From the NCBI RefSeq assembly GCF_900095445.1, contig NZ_FMJL01000011.1, forward strand, positions 57,401 to 89,400: DNA of 32,000 nucleotides. Reading direction: 5' to 3'. Source of the stretch: Clostridium sp. N3C. GTDB lineage: Bacteria > Bacillota > Clostridia > Clostridiales > Clostridiaceae. Positions 7,529-17,214 of this stretch are shown here, piece by piece; within the stretch, counting starts at the first letter, position 1, and every line of letters starts with the position of its first letter. The position numbers and the translations under genes were made by a program. The notes under the pieces were generated by a model. That model ran no database searches. It was not told where the DNA came from and saw nothing but the letters and a program-made list of their open reading frames with translations.

Positions 7529-9475
7529 TTATCTTACTTGACTTCCTGTTGGAAGATCACCATCAATAGTTGCAACAAATAGCTTACTGTCTTCATCGTC
7601 AGAAGCCGCTAGTATCATACCTTGTGAAAGTTCACCTCTTAATTTAACCGGCTTAAGATTTGCAACTAGAATTATGGATTTTCCTACTAGATCCTCAGGC
7701 TTATAATATTGAGCTATACCGGATACTACTTGTCTTACCTCTCCACCTAAATCTACTTTTAGTTTAAGTAACTTTTTAGCTCCCTTTATAGGTTCACATT
7801 CAAGAACTTTAGCTACTCTTAAATCTATTTTTTCAAAATCTTCTATAGTTATTTCTTCTTTAAGAGGTTGCATAGAAGGTTTATTTGCTGTAGCAGCTTC
7901 CTTTAAACTTGCTTCTTTTAATGCCTCTAGCTCTGCTAACTTCTTCTCTACATCTATTCTTGGGAAAATTACCTCTCCCTTCTTAACCTTAGTACCAGCT
8001 CTTGTACCATCAAAAGCAGATAAACTATTCCAAGTAGTTAGCTCAATGTTAAGCTGCTCATTGATCTTAGCACTGGTAGTTGGTAGGAAGGAGGATATTA
8101 ATGTAGAAATAAATCTTAAGGATTCTACTAGGTTATAAAGCACTGTGCCTAGTCTTTCCTTTTTGCCTTCATCCTTAGCTAAGATCCATGGTGTAGTTTC
8201 ATCAATATACTTATTAGCTCTTCCTATAAAGTCCCAAATCTTCTCTAGAGCTTCTGGAATCCTCAATTTATCAATAGCTTTATCCACTTCCTCTGGTGTT
8301 CTTAACGCCATTGTTATTAAATCATCGTCTATTTCTTCCTTAGCAGTTGGTGCTGGTATAACACCATCAAAATATTTATCTATCATAGCCACTGTTCTAG
8401 ATACAAGGTTTCCTAAGTCATTAGCTAAATCAGAATTTATCTTTTTTATAAATATTTCAGTTGTAAAGTTTCCATCGGAACCAAAAGGTATTTCTCTTAG
8501 TAAATAATATCTTACTGCATCTACTCCAAAATTCTCTACTAAGACTACTGGGTCTATTACGTTACCCTTAGACTTAGACATCTTTCCTCCATCTACTAGG
8601 AGCCAACCATGTCCGAATACCTGCTTTGGTAGCTCTAAGCCTAAAGCCATCAACATAATTGGCCAATAAATTGTATGGAATCTTAGAATATCCTTACCTA
8701 TCAAATGAACATCCGCAGGCCAATATTTTTCAAAGTCATTATATTCATCGTTACCATAGCCTAGAGCTGTTATATAGTTAGATAAAGCATCTATCCAAAC
8801 ATAAATTACATGACCAGGATCAAATTCTACTGGTATACCCCAATTAAAGGAAGTTCTTGACACACACAAATCCTGAAGTCCTGGTTTTAAGAAATTGTTA
8901 ACAATCTCATTCTTTCTTGATTCTGGCTGAATAAAGTCTGGATTTTCTTCTATATGCTTAAGGAGTCTATCAGCATATTTGCTCATTTTAAAGAAGTAAG
9001 CTTCTTCCTTTGCCTTTTCTACTGGTCTTCCACAGTCAGGACACTTACCATCTTTAGCTTGTGTCTCAGTCCAGAAAGCTTCACAAGGTGTACAGTACCA
9101 GCCTTCATAAGCTCCCTTATAAATATCCCCTTGTTCATATAACTTTATAAATATATCTTTTACGGCCTTCTCATGATAGTGATCTGTAGTTCTTATAAAT
9201 CTATCATAGCTTATATCCATTAACTTCCACAACTCTTTTATTCCTGCCACTATCTTATCTACATATTCCTTTGGTGTAACTCCCTTTTCCTCTGCAATTC
9301 TTTGAATCTTTTGTCCATGTTCATCAGTACCAGTAAGAAACATTACGTCATAACCTTTAAGCCTTTTAAATCTTGCTAGGGCATCGGCAGCTACTGTTGT
9401 ATAAGTATTACCTATATGTAGATTAGCTGATGGATAGTAAATTGGCGTTGTAATGTAATATGTTTTTTTACTCAT
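7529..9475 (-). CDS. metG: methionyl-tRNA synthetase with C-terminal tRNA-binding (Trbp111/EMAP-like) domain
   Basis: 648 aa. HIGH-type signature (YPSANLHIGN), KMSKSKGN, zinc knuckles CTPCEAF and CPDCGRP, and a C-terminal LRVAKVLECEPIKGAKKLLKLKVDLG OB-fold domain. A T-box leader lies upstream. Confidence 0.97.
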   Translation of the reverse strand: MSKKTYYITTPIYYPSANLHIGNTYTTVAADALARFKRLKGYDVMFLTGTDEHGQKIQRIAEEKGVTPKEYVDKIVAGIKELWKLMDISYDRFIRTTDHYHEKAVKDIFIKLYEQGDIYKGAYEGWYCTPCEAFWTETQAKDGKCPDCGRPVEKAKEEAYFFKMSKYADRLLKHIEENPDFIQPESRKNEIVNNFLKPGLQDLCVSRTSFNWGIPVEFDPGHVIYVWIDALSNYITALGYGNDEYNDFEKYWPADVHLIGKDILRFHTIYWPIMLMALGLELPKQVFGHGWLLVDGGKMSKSKGNVIDPVVLVENFGVDAVRYYLLREIPFGSDGNFTTEIFIKKINSDLANDLGNLVSRTVAMIDKYFDGVIPAPTAKEEIDDDLITMALRTPEEVDKAIDKLRIPEALEKIWDFIGRANKYIDETTPWILAKDEGKKERLGTVLYNLVESLRFISTLISSFLPTTSAKINEQLNIELTTWNSLSAFDGTRAGTKVKKGEVIFPRIDVEKKLAELEALKEASLKEAATANKPSMQPLKEEITIEDFEKIDLRVAKVLECEPIKGAKKLLKLKVDLGGEVRQVVSGIAQYYKPEDLVGKSIILVANLKPVKLRGELSQGMILAASDDEDSKLFVATIDGDLPTGSQVR

Positions 9476-9536
9476 TTTAATTCCTCCTTCTCCTTGCTAT
9501 TATATTTCTAATTCACTCTACAGGAAGCTTCGTAAA

Positions 9537-9827
9537 TTAAAAAAGCCCTATGCAGATTAAAATCCACATAGAGGCGTAATATACGCGTTACCACTCTAAT
9601 TCATATCTGCGTCGCCACAGATAACTCACTAAGTGACTCCACCTTGTGCAAGACCAGGCTTTTATCACCTTACAGTTAACGGCTGTTACCGTACTGCCCT
9701 ACTTTTAAAAAAGTTTCAAGCAGTCAACTCCGGGGCCATGTTCATAAATTTTCCTGTCACAGGCTTTCACCTAACCCTGCTCTCTTTTAGACACTCCAAT
9801 TTACTACTCTTCCCATCATAGTTTTTC
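9537..9827 (-). promoter_or_regulatory. T-box riboswitch leader (Met specifier) controlling metG
   Basis: Minus-strand elements:
- stem I start GGGAAGAGTAG (9804-9814)
- AGAGAG and GGTGAAAGCC distal motifs
- specifier region ...GGAAAATTTATGAACATGG with AUG at 9743-9745 (AUG-A) and 9737-9739 (AUG-G)
- conserved T-box AATTAGAGTGGTAACGCG (9584-9601)
- terminator stem (about 9545-9575) followed by a U-run (9539-9544). Confidence 0.9.
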
Positions 9828-9833
9828 ATGTTT

Positions 9834-9862
9834 ATAATAATATATTGTTTGTAAATTGTCAA
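9834..9862 (-). promoter_or_regulatory. sigma-A promoter of the metG T-box leader
   Basis: Minus strand: -35 TTGACA (9857-9862), 17-nt spacer, -10 TATTAT (9834-9839). Confidence 0.7.
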
Positions 9863-9954
9863 CTTTATATCCAGATGTCTTATAAGCTGAAACTTTAAAA
9901 TTGTACTAAATTGGTGTAATATAATTATATTATAAAGAGAAAAGGAGTGATATA

Positions 9955-10677
9955 ATGAAATATCCAATAGATCTCCATACCCATACTATAGCCAGTGGCC
10001 ATGCTTATTCAACCATAATGGAAAATGCTCGATATGCTAGCGATATAGGAATGAAAATTCTTGGTACCGCAGATCATGGTCCAAATATGCCTAATGCTCC
10101 CTATATATGGTACTTCGGCAATTTTAGAGTACTTCCTAGAAAGCTTTTTGGCGTTACTATGCTCTATGGTTGCGAAGCAAATATTATAGACTATGATGGA
10201 AATCTAGATCTTCCATTGGATTATCAAGAGAAAATAGATTTTATGATTGCAAGCATTCATCATCCTGTAATGGAGCTCAACCAAAACCCTGAACTTAATA
10301 CACAAGCTTTCTTAAAGGTAATGGATAACCCTAATGTTCACATATTAGGTCACATAGGTAATCCACTCTTTCCTATATATGAAGAAGAAGTGGTTAAAAA
10401 GGCCAAGGAGAAAAATATACTAATCGAGATAAATAACAGCTCTTTCTCTGGCTCTAGACCTGGCAGTAAGGATATCTGTAAAAAGGTAGCTCTTTTATGT
10501 AAGGAATATAAAACAATGATAATCCTAAATAGCGACGCTCACTTTTGCCATTCTATCGGTAATTTTGATGAGGCTATTAAGATGCTAAATGAAATAAATA
10601 TGCCAGAGGAGCTAATTATCAATAACAGTGAAGAAAAATTATTGGATTTCCTAAGAAGTAAAGGAAAAGAAATATAG
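9955..10677 (+). CDS. ycdX: PHP-domain phosphatase, YcdX-like
   Basis: 240 aa. [20 protein letters not shown]...[12 protein letters not shown]...GCEANI...ASIHHP...LGHIGNP...EINNSSF...NSDAH tracks the E. coli YcdX metal-ligand pattern along its whole length. AAGGAG SD present. Confidence 0.9.
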   Translation: MKYPIDLHTHTIASGHAYSTIMENARYASDIGMKILGTADHGPNMPNAPYIWYFGNFRVLPRKLFGVTMLYGCEANIIDYDGNLDLPLDYQEKIDFMIASIHHPVMELNQNPELNTQAFLKVMDNPNVHILGHIGNPLFPIYEEEVVKKAKEKNILIEINNSSFSGSRPGSKDICKKVALLCKEYKTMIILNSDAHFCHSIGNFDEAIKMLNEINMPEELIINNSEEKLLDFLRSKGKEI

Positions 10678-10740
10678 CTGCTTATTCTAAAACTTTTCCT
10701 TATGGTTCAATACTTTTTTATAACAAAGCAACATAAAAAG

Positions 10741-10764
10741 GCTGGTCAAGAAATCTTGACCAGC
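10741..10764. terminator. bidirectional terminator between the convergent ycdX-like and GH3 genes
   Basis: Perfect 10-bp stem GCTGGTCAAG / CTTGACCAGC with a 4-nt loop. It is flanked by AAAAA on the left (a U-run for the minus-strand transcript) and CCCTTATTTTAT on the right. Confidence 0.8.
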
Positions 10765-10768
10765 ACCC

Positions 10769-12028
10769 TTATTTTATATAAGTATTCAAAAGCTTTTCTA
10801 TATTAGAATTTATCTCATCCACATTTACATCAGCCTTTGTTTCATCTTTTATAGCATACTTTTCTTTTAGACTTAAAATTCTATACACACTTTCATCTAT
10901 TCTTTCCTCTGTTATTTTACCTTCCGATACTGCCTTTTTCAAAGCTTCTATTACTTCAATTTGCTTATCTTTATCATGACAAACTAGCACTATATCAACA
11001 CCAGCTAATACTGATTTTACCGCCGCTTCACCTATTCCATAATTATTTATAATAGCTCCCATAGTCATATCATCGGTGATAACTATCCCTTTAAAATTCA
11101 TCTTTTCTCTTAATATATCAGTAATTATAGTTTTAGACATAGAAGATGGATTTTCCTTATCTATCTCTGGTAATAAAATATGGGCAATCATTACTACTTC
11201 TGCCCCATTATTAATAGCCTTTTGGAATGGTAGAAGCTCTAAACTTTCTAACCTAGATAAATCATGGCTTAGGGAAGGAAGTCCTTTATGAGAATCCTCT
11301 GCCGTATCTCCATGTCCAGGAAAATGCTTTACTACAGGTATGACCTTTCCTTGCTGCAATCCTTTCATCGTTTCAACTCCAAGACTGCTTACTATCTCTG
11401 CCTGTGAACTAAAAGACCTATCTCCGATAACAGGATTATTAGGGTTGCTATTAACATCTAATACCGGTGCAAAATTCATGTTAAAACCAAAGGTTCCTAT
11501 CTTATTAGCCATAGCTTTTCCAATTTCATAAGAAAACTGCTTATTGTTTACGTCACCTATACTCTTATTGCTAGGAAATTGATCAAATTCTCTTGGCATT
11601 CTAGTAACTCTGCCCCCCTCTTCATCTATAGATAAAAAAAGAGGTATGGTATTTTTAGAATTTTCCACCTTAATTGAGTTTAAAAGTTTTAGTAATTGGG
11701 AACTACTTTCAACATTTTTAGAAAATAAGATAAAACCGCCTACCTTATATTTATCTATAAACTCTACCGTATTAGGATTAATTTCATATCCCTCAATACC
11801 AACTATAAGCATTTGACCAATTTTTTCTTCCAAGGTCATTGTTTTAATTTTCTCTTTAATTAACTCTACCGCTTTCACTTCTTCCTCCTTTTCCTTACTA
11901 AAATTCTCTTCTATTGTCATTTGCTTATCTTTACCTTCCCTATTTTCATTTTTAGTAATTATTCCGCATCCTAAAATAGTAGCCAGTGACAGAGTTATTA
12001 CTAATAATACAATTATATTTTTTAACAT
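10769..12028 (-). CDS. glycoside hydrolase family 3 beta-N-acetylhexosaminidase-like lipoprotein (NagZ/YbbD-like)
   Basis: 419 aa. Signal peptide with a lipobox (LATILGC). GH3 motifs: KHFPGHGDTAEDSH, DEEGGRV, VITDDMTMGA. Confidence 0.88.
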   Translation of the reverse strand: MLKNIIVLLVITLSLATILGCGIITKNENREGKDKQMTIEENFSKEKEEEVKAVELIKEKIKTMTLEEKIGQMLIVGIEGYEINPNTVEFIDKYKVGGFILFSKNVESSSQLLKLLNSIKVENSKNTIPLFLSIDEEGGRVTRMPREFDQFPSNKSIGDVNNKQFSYEIGKAMANKIGTFGFNMNFAPVLDVNSNPNNPVIGDRSFSSQAEIVSSLGVETMKGLQQGKVIPVVKHFPGHGDTAEDSHKGLPSLSHDLSRLESLELLPFQKAINNGAEVVMIAHILLPEIDKENPSSMSKTIITDILREKMNFKGIVITDDMTMGAIINNYGIGEAAVKSVLAGVDIVLVCHDKDKQIEVIEALKKAVSEGKITEERIDESVYRILSLKEKYAIKDETKADVNVDEINSNIEKLLNTYIK

Positions 12029-12190
12029 AATTATGCTCCTTTACAAAAAAATAAAACTCTAATTATTAATATCATGTTTTGAGCTACCCTGCCTTATCCT
12101 TAGTATCTTTTCAACAGTATACCATATTCTTCCATAATATATCAGTTTTTCATATCCTTTCAGTAAGATAACTAAGAATTTAAAAGCAAA

Positions 12191-12216
12191 GAAAAAAGGG
12201 AGACCTTTCTCCCTTT
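12191..12216 (-). terminator. Rho-independent terminator after the SagB-like gene
   Basis: GGGAGA / TCTCCC stem extended by A/T pairs (12193-12218), loop CCTT, minus-strand U-run. It directly abuts the stop codon at 12217-12219. Confidence 0.7.
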
Positions 12217-13011
12217 TTAATAATTACTGTTATTATCCTTTGGCTTCTTACCAACTGCCGCAAGGTATATAACAAATTCCTCTTCTCCATCTAACTGTAA
12301 TACTTTATTTATATATTGCTGATTGTAATTTCCTATAACACAGGTGCCACAATTTACTGATTCACCGGCTATATAAAGGTTCTGACAAATATGGCCCACA
12401 TCAAAAGGAAGGTTTTTATGAGCAATTATATCATATTTATATTCGGATCTATAAGATATATAAGTCCATGCAAAAAATATGGCGGCCTTATCAGCAAAAT
12501 GTGGAATATATGGTTTATCCGGTGTGGCTTGATCTATTACACTCTCAATATTGTCTAAGGGATATATTAAGTAAAGTGAATGTCTCAAGGGTAAATACTT
12601 GTATACACCCTTTTCTAAACCTTCAACCCTATTTATTAATAAGTATGTTTCAAAGGAGTATACCGTATCATTATTAGAATCATTTTTCAAAGTTCCAATA
12701 TCATCCCCTATAATGCACTTAATCCCTTGAGTAGCCCATAGCATATAGGATAACTCATCTAAGGTAATGTATTCACCAGAGTAAACTCTAACACTCCTTC
12801 TATCATTAATACAATCATACAAATCATACTTAGTAATAACTTCTCTCCTCATCTGAGGCAAATCAATAACCTTTTCATCTTCAATGTAAGTTTTTGACAT
12901 ACTAGGCTGTGGCATTTTATTTTGTCTATCTGTTATTATTTGTCGCAAAACATTGTGATTAGCTTTCAAAAATGGCCTATGGGCACTAAATCTATTCACT
13001 TTAAACACCAC
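12217..13011 (-). CDS. SagB/ThcOx-type nitroreductase-family protein, divergent
   Basis: 264 aa from a GTG start. Nitroreductase-family landmarks: RRSVRVYSG, LSYMLWATQG, C-terminal GHICQNLYIAGESVNCGTCVIGNY...VIYLAAVGK. It sits 34 nt downstream of the aminopeptidase gene on the same strand. Confidence 0.7.
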   Translation of the reverse strand: MVFKVNRFSAHRPFLKANHNVLRQIITDRQNKMPQPSMSKTYIEDEKVIDLPQMRREVITKYDLYDCINDRRSVRVYSGEYITLDELSYMLWATQGIKCIIGDDIGTLKNDSNNDTVYSFETYLLINRVEGLEKGVYKYLPLRHSLYLIYPLDNIESVIDQATPDKPYIPHFADKAAIFFAWTYISYRSEYKYDIIAHKNLPFDVGHICQNLYIAGESVNCGTCVIGNYNQQYINKVLQLDGEEEFVIYLAAVGKKPKDNNSNY

Positions 13012-13045
13012 ACCTTTCTTTGAGGATTTATCATTCCCCTAAAAC

Positions 13046-14302
13046 CTACAGGGTGCCACCGTTATTTGATATATATTCCTCTATTTCCTCTATAGTTTTG
13101 ATAATTGAACTAGAAAGAACCTCACAACCATTTTCAGTAACTACTACATCGTCCTCAATTCTTATGCCGATGCTTTCTTCTTCTATATATAAACCCGGTT
13201 CTACTGTTAGCACCATTCCTGGCTTTAATACCACTTCTCTGCTACCAACATCATGGGTATCTAAGCCTAAATGATGACTAACATTATGATAATAGTACTT
13301 AGATAGCTCTTCATCAGTATGAGCTAAACCTAATTTACTTAGTTCCTCTAAAAATACCCTTCTCGTTACTAAATTTAATTCTTTAAAAGGAACCCCAGGA
13401 GCTATAGCCTTAATAGTTTCCTGCTGCGCTTTTAAAACTATATTATAAATCTGTTTTTGCCTATCTGTAAACTTTCCTGATACAGGAAAGGTTCTAGTGA
13501 TATCAGCATTATAATAATTTACTGCTGCCCCTAAATCCATTAAAATCATTTCATTTTCGCCGATAAGGTCATTATTATCACTATAATGAAGCACTGTAGC
13601 ATTCTTTCCAGAGGCTGCTATTGTTTTAAAGGCAAAATCCTTTACTCCATTAGTTTTCAATACAAAATCAAAATAAGCTTCCACTTCATATTCTCTCATG
13701 CCTACCTTGGCATTTCTCATAGCATTTAGTATACCTTCTCCAGTAATAGCTATGGCTTTTCTTATCTCATCAATCTCATCCTTTGATTTTATCATCCTCA
13801 ATTCAGATAAGATAGGATATGCATTTTTGATAAATAAGTAAGGATACTTTTCCTTTAATTCATCAGCAAGCTTTTCTGCTACAGTTTTTTCCTCTTCATA
13901 GCTAGATCTTTCCAAGTCTAAATATATATCCTTTATATTCCCCGAAATAAGAGTTTTATGAATATATGAATGAAAGTCTTCTTTATATGATACCTTGTCA
14001 ATACCAGACCTTTCCTTAGCTTCTTGCTCACTTATAGTCTTTCCAACCCACTTTTCCATTACTGGGTCAGCCTTATGAATAAATATTATAGTTTCTATAT
14101 TTCCATTAATTTTACTTAATACTACTACAAGGTCTTTTTCATCAATTCCCGTGATGTAGAAGAAGTTTCTATTTACAGAAAAAGCATACATTTCATCTGC
14201 ACTTTTCTTTGGCGGATTGCCAGAAAACAATATACAGATTGAATCATCAGATAATCTATCATAAAACTTCTTTCTATTTGCTATAAATAGTTCTTTATCC
14301 AT
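13046..14302 (-). CDS. Xaa-Pro aminopeptidase (M24B family, PepP/PepQ-like)
   Basis: 418 aa. N-terminal AMP_N-like region. M24 metal-ligand blocks: LMDLGAAVNYYNADITRT, HHLGLDTHD, VLTVEPGLY, GIRIEDDVVVT. Confidence 0.9.
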   Translation of the reverse strand: MDKELFIANRKKFYDRLSDDSICILFSGNPPKKSADEMYAFSVNRNFFYITGIDEKDLVVVLSKINGNIETIIFIHKADPVMEKWVGKTISEQEAKERSGIDKVSYKEDFHSYIHKTLISGNIKDIYLDLERSSYEEEKTVAEKLADELKEKYPYLFIKNAYPILSELRMIKSKDEIDEIRKAIAITGEGILNAMRNAKVGMREYEVEAYFDFVLKTNGVKDFAFKTIAASGKNATVLHYSDNNDLIGENEMILMDLGAAVNYYNADITRTFPVSGKFTDRQKQIYNIVLKAQQETIKAIAPGVPFKELNLVTRRVFLEELSKLGLAHTDEELSKYYYHNVSHHLGLDTHDVGSREVVLKPGMVLTVEPGLYIEEESIGIRIEDDVVVTENGCEVLSSSIIKTIEEIEEYISNNGGTL

Positions 14303-14334
14303 TAAAAAATCCTCCAGTCGATTATGCTAACAAC

Positions 14335-14363
14335 ATTATACATTCAATTTTTTATTTATACAA
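14335..14363 (-). promoter_or_regulatory. sigma-A promoter for the aminopeptidase / SagB-like operon
   Basis: Minus strand: -35 TTGTAT (14358-14363), 17-nt spacer, -10 TATAAT (14335-14340). It lies about 30 nt upstream of ATG 14302. Confidence 0.6.
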
Positions 14364-14373
14364 CATTCATTGC

Positions 14374-14401
14374 AAAAAGAACTCTTATGGAAAGAGTTCT
14401 T
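14374..14401 (-). terminator. Rho-independent terminator after the 70-aa membrane protein gene
   Basis: 10-bp stem AAGAACTCTT / AAGAGTTCTT (14377-14386 / 14392-14401), 5-nt loop, minus-strand U-run. Confidence 0.75.
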
Positions 14402-14418
14402 CGTAAAATACTTTATTT

Positions 14419-14631
14419 CTAGGACTTTTTCTTCTTTTCTTTTAACATTCCTATAGTTACTCCAAAGATAATTCCCAATACCCCTCCTGCAGAAAGTCCT
14501 AGCATAACGTTGTTGAATAGTGCTCCAATGAAAATACCAAGACCACTGCCAAAGCAAATACCTAAAGCAACATATTTGTTTTCATCCGAAACTGTGTTTA
14601 TTGATTTTGCTTTATCTATGTTTTCTTCCAT
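14419..14631 (-). CDS. small membrane protein with glycine-zipper-like helices
   Basis: 70 aa. GAGGGGG SD about 10 nt upstream. Two Gly-rich hydrophobic helices (LGICFGSGLGIFIGALF, GLSAGGVLGIIFGVTIGML) and a KEKKKKS tail. The overlapping ORF 14336..14557 was rejected. Confidence 0.6.
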   Translation of the reverse strand: MEENIDKAKSINTVSDENKYVALGICFGSGLGIFIGALFNNVMLGLSAGGVLGIIFGVTIGMLKEKKKKS

Positions 14632-14750
14632 GTACCATATACCCCCTCAATTATTCTCTATGTCCCAAATAACCATTCATATATAAGACGTTAAAATACT
14701 TAAAAAAGTTTTGTTTTTACCTAATTTTTAATAAATTTTTTCGACAAGTT

Positions 14751-16421
14751 TTACAGTTCAATAGAATCAAACCACTTTTTCCCTACACTTAGTATTAGAT
14801 AGTATAGAACTATATCAATTCCACCAAATACAAGGACTATAAGTGCAAAGGCATACCATAATCCTAAGGATAAAATTATTATCAAAATTGCTGTGGCTAC
14901 AGCTAAGATCATACTACCAAACATCACTATCATAAAATTCATATTCTGTTTTACAGCCTTCTCTTCATTATCCCAATTTAACTTAGGGAACTTCAATTCT
15001 AATAGTATTCCTACAAAAGAAGTCAATAGTATACCTAAAATGCTAACTATTAGGCCAGTTATAATTAGTTTTGGAACAAAACCTATATAAGCAAAGGCAG
15101 CTAACAGAGTTATTAATACAGATATAGAACTTAATATAACAGCTGGTATTATTCTAGCTATGATTTGATCTTTAAAGCTTAAAGGTATATATTTACTTAC
15201 AAATAGATTCTGTCCATCTCTAGAAATGGAGGTAGATGCTACACCACTGCTTCCAGAAAAAAGCACTGACATTGCAAATATAACCACTAAAGCAATTCCT
15301 AATATACTGTTGTTTTTCATTAGTTCCAAAATAGTATTTCCTTCTTCACTATTCAACGCCCCAGAACCTAACATACCTATAACTACAAAGATAGGCCATA
15401 TCATACCGCTTATAACACAATTCAATAAATAGGATGGAGTTCTAAATAGTATTCTAAATTCTTTTAGCATAAAGGCCTTCATAGCAGAATTCTTTTGCAA
15501 ATTCTTGTTCATCTGCTCTTTAGATAATTTTTTTCTTTTTGAATATACCTCTGAATTTCCAAGAGCTCCTTTGAAATATAATAATTCTCCTACTATCATA
15601 AATATCATTACTGCTGCTACACTAATAACAATGAATAGCAATAAATTTATTATTCCCTTTATAGCTGCATTATGAATTAATGCCAAAGAAGCTAATTCAG
15701 CTGTGGGAAACAATTTAGCTACCAAAGAAACTAAAGAATTATCTCCTTCAGTTAAAAGTTGTAGCATAGCCTGTTGATCAGTGGATGTATGATCCATATT
15801 CTGACTAAACATAGATGTTCCTATAGCAATAGCTATTCCTAATATACCAGCTAATATTCTAAGGGCATCCTTATGTTTACCCAGGTTAGTAAATCTCATT
15901 ATCACCATATTTATTAATGAAGCTAGCACTAAGGGTACTATTGGTATAAGTATAAATAATACAAGGGCATATAAATAGAATAAAGGTCCTGCTCCACTTC
16001 TTACTCCGTAAACTCCAACTGCTGGTAACAATATTATAAGCTCTGTAATATACTCATAAACAAGTACCGTTATAAACTTTGCTCCTAGAATTTGAGAAGG
16101 CTTTAAAGGAAGCGGTAACAACAGTTCTACGTCTTTTGCAAAGTAAAACACTGCTAAAACATAAAATATACCAAATATAAATGTGGCTAAACTTACACCA
16201 GCTATGGCTAAGGTTAAAATAACACCTTGCTGATTTACTTGTGCAAGAGTGCCATACATTTCATCAAAAAGCATAGCTAAGGGTAAACTAAAAGAGCCTG
16301 CAAAAATCACAATTAAAAGTAAAATTAGAACTACTCTTGGAATTCCTTTTTTCTTCTTTTTGTCCCCTTGGGAAAGGGAAGTTTTCAATAATATCTTTGT
16401 TAATTTCCATAACTTACTCAT
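14751..16421 (-). CDS. ABC exporter permease (multi-pass membrane protein)
   Basis: 556 aa and almost entirely hydrophobic helices. Its start overlaps the upstream ATPase stop by 8 nt (ATGAGTAA), implying translational coupling. Confidence 0.85.
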   Translation of the reverse strand: MSKLWKLTKILLKTSLSQGDKKKKKGIPRVVLILLLIVIFAGSFSLPLAMLFDEMYGTLAQVNQQGVILTLAIAGVSLATFIFGIFYVLAVFYFAKDVELLLPLPLKPSQILGAKFITVLVYEYITELIILLPAVGVYGVRSGAGPLFYLYALVLFILIPIVPLVLASLINMVIMRFTNLGKHKDALRILAGILGIAIAIGTSMFSQNMDHTSTDQQAMLQLLTEGDNSLVSLVAKLFPTAELASLALIHNAAIKGIINLLLFIVISVAAVMIFMIVGELLYFKGALGNSEVYSKRKKLSKEQMNKNLQKNSAMKAFMLKEFRILFRTPSYLLNCVISGMIWPIFVVIGMLGSGALNSEEGNTILELMKNNSILGIALVVIFAMSVLFSGSSGVASTSISRDGQNLFVSKYIPLSFKDQIIARIIPAVILSSISVLITLLAAFAYIGFVPKLIITGLIVSILGILLTSFVGILLELKFPKLNWDNEEKAVKQNMNFMIVMFGSMILAVATAILIIILSLGLWYAFALIVLVFGGIDIVLYYLILSVGKKWFDSIEL

Positions 16422-17139
16422 GATCTGTCAACTCCAAAAACATTTTTTCTAGAGACTCATTACTCTTGAAATGTTCTCTCATTTCCTGTATTGTACCGCA
16501 GAAGGATATTTTTCCTTTATTAATAATAGCTACCCTATCACATACCTTTTCTGCTACCTCTAGCACATGGGTAGAAAAAAATACAGTCTTGCCATTGTCC
16601 GCTTGTTCTCTCATCATCTCCTTTAATATGTATGATGATTTTGGATCAAGGCCTGTTAAAGGTTCATCTAAAATCCAAGTATTAGGCTCATGTACTAGTG
16701 CTCCCATAATAACGATTTTTTGTCTCATACCATGAGAATAACTTTGGATTTGATCTCCTAAGGCATTAGTCATTTCAAAACGTTCTGCTAGATTTTCAAT
16801 TTTTTCTTTTCTTTTATCTGTTGGAACATCGTAAATATCTGCTATGAAATTTAAGTATTCAATACCTTTCAATCTTAAAAACATGTCTGGACTATCTGGC
16901 ACATAAGCAAATTCCTTCTTTGCCTCTAGAGGTTTCTCACTAATATCTATACCGTTTATTTTAATAGTTCCCTCATCCTTATTTATTATTCCAGTTATCA
17001 TCTTGATTGTAGTAGTTTTACCAGCACCATTAGGTCCTAAAAAACCAAAGATCTCTCCATCATTAATGGTAATATTAATATTATCTACAGCCTTGTCTTT
17101 ACCATTATAGCTTTTACTTACATTTTGCAGTTCAATCAT
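16414..17139 (-). CDS. ABC transporter ATP-binding protein
   Basis: 241 aa. Walker A GPNGAGKTT, signature YSHGMRQK, Walker B WILDEPLTGLD, H-loop STH. Confidence 0.95.
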   Translation of the reverse strand: MIELQNVSKSYNGKDKAVDNINITINDGEIFGFLGPNGAGKTTTIKMITGIINKDEGTIKINGIDISEKPLEAKKEFAYVPDSPDMFLRLKGIEYLNFIADIYDVPTDKRKEKIENLAERFEMTNALGDQIQSYSHGMRQKIVIMGALVHEPNTWILDEPLTGLDPKSSYILKEMMREQADNGKTVFFSTHVLEVAEKVCDRVAIINKGKISFCGTIQEMREHFKSNESLEKMFLELTDHE

Positions 17140-17214
17140 AATATACCCCTCTCTCTACATTTAGTTTAAAGCGGTAAATCTAAATAGATACCCATATAAT
17201 CAACCGCTAACTTT

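Noticed and set aside
4839-9142. Track ORFs 4839..5105(+), 5490..5684(-), 6255..6473(-), 7233..7415(-), 8145..8507(+) and 8954..9142(+).
   Set aside because: All lie antisense within, or overlapping, strongly supported genes (SNF2, PEPCK-like, metG). Their products are low-complexity and they lack SD sequences.
9633-9967. Track ORFs 9633..9821(+) and 9767..9967(-).
   Set aside because: They fall inside the metG T-box leader and promoter region. The sequence there is explained by conserved RNA structure and promoter elements, not by coding.
12044-12083. Weak AAAAC...GTTTT pairing followed by a T-run in the GH3 gene leader (possible attenuator).
   Set aside because: The stem is only about 5 bp of A/U-rich pairing with a large loop. 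That is indistinguishable from chance in this AT-rich spacer.
11076-13274. Track ORFs 11076..11291(+), 11340..11531(+), 12468..12677(+) and 13020..13274(+).
   Set aside because: These are antisense shadows of the GH3, SagB-like and aminopeptidase genes.
14336-14557. Track ORF (-, 73 aa) overlapping the 70-aa membrane protein gene in another frame.
   Set aside because: It spans the terminator hairpin at 14377-14401 and has no SD. Its Trp/Arg/Cys-rich odd composition also argues against it. The 14419..14631 frame has an SD and clean TM helices.
14893-16735. Track ORFs 14893..15090, 15226..15432, 16249..16452 and 16466..16735 (all +).
   Set aside because: These are antisense shadows inside the ABC permease and ATPase genes.
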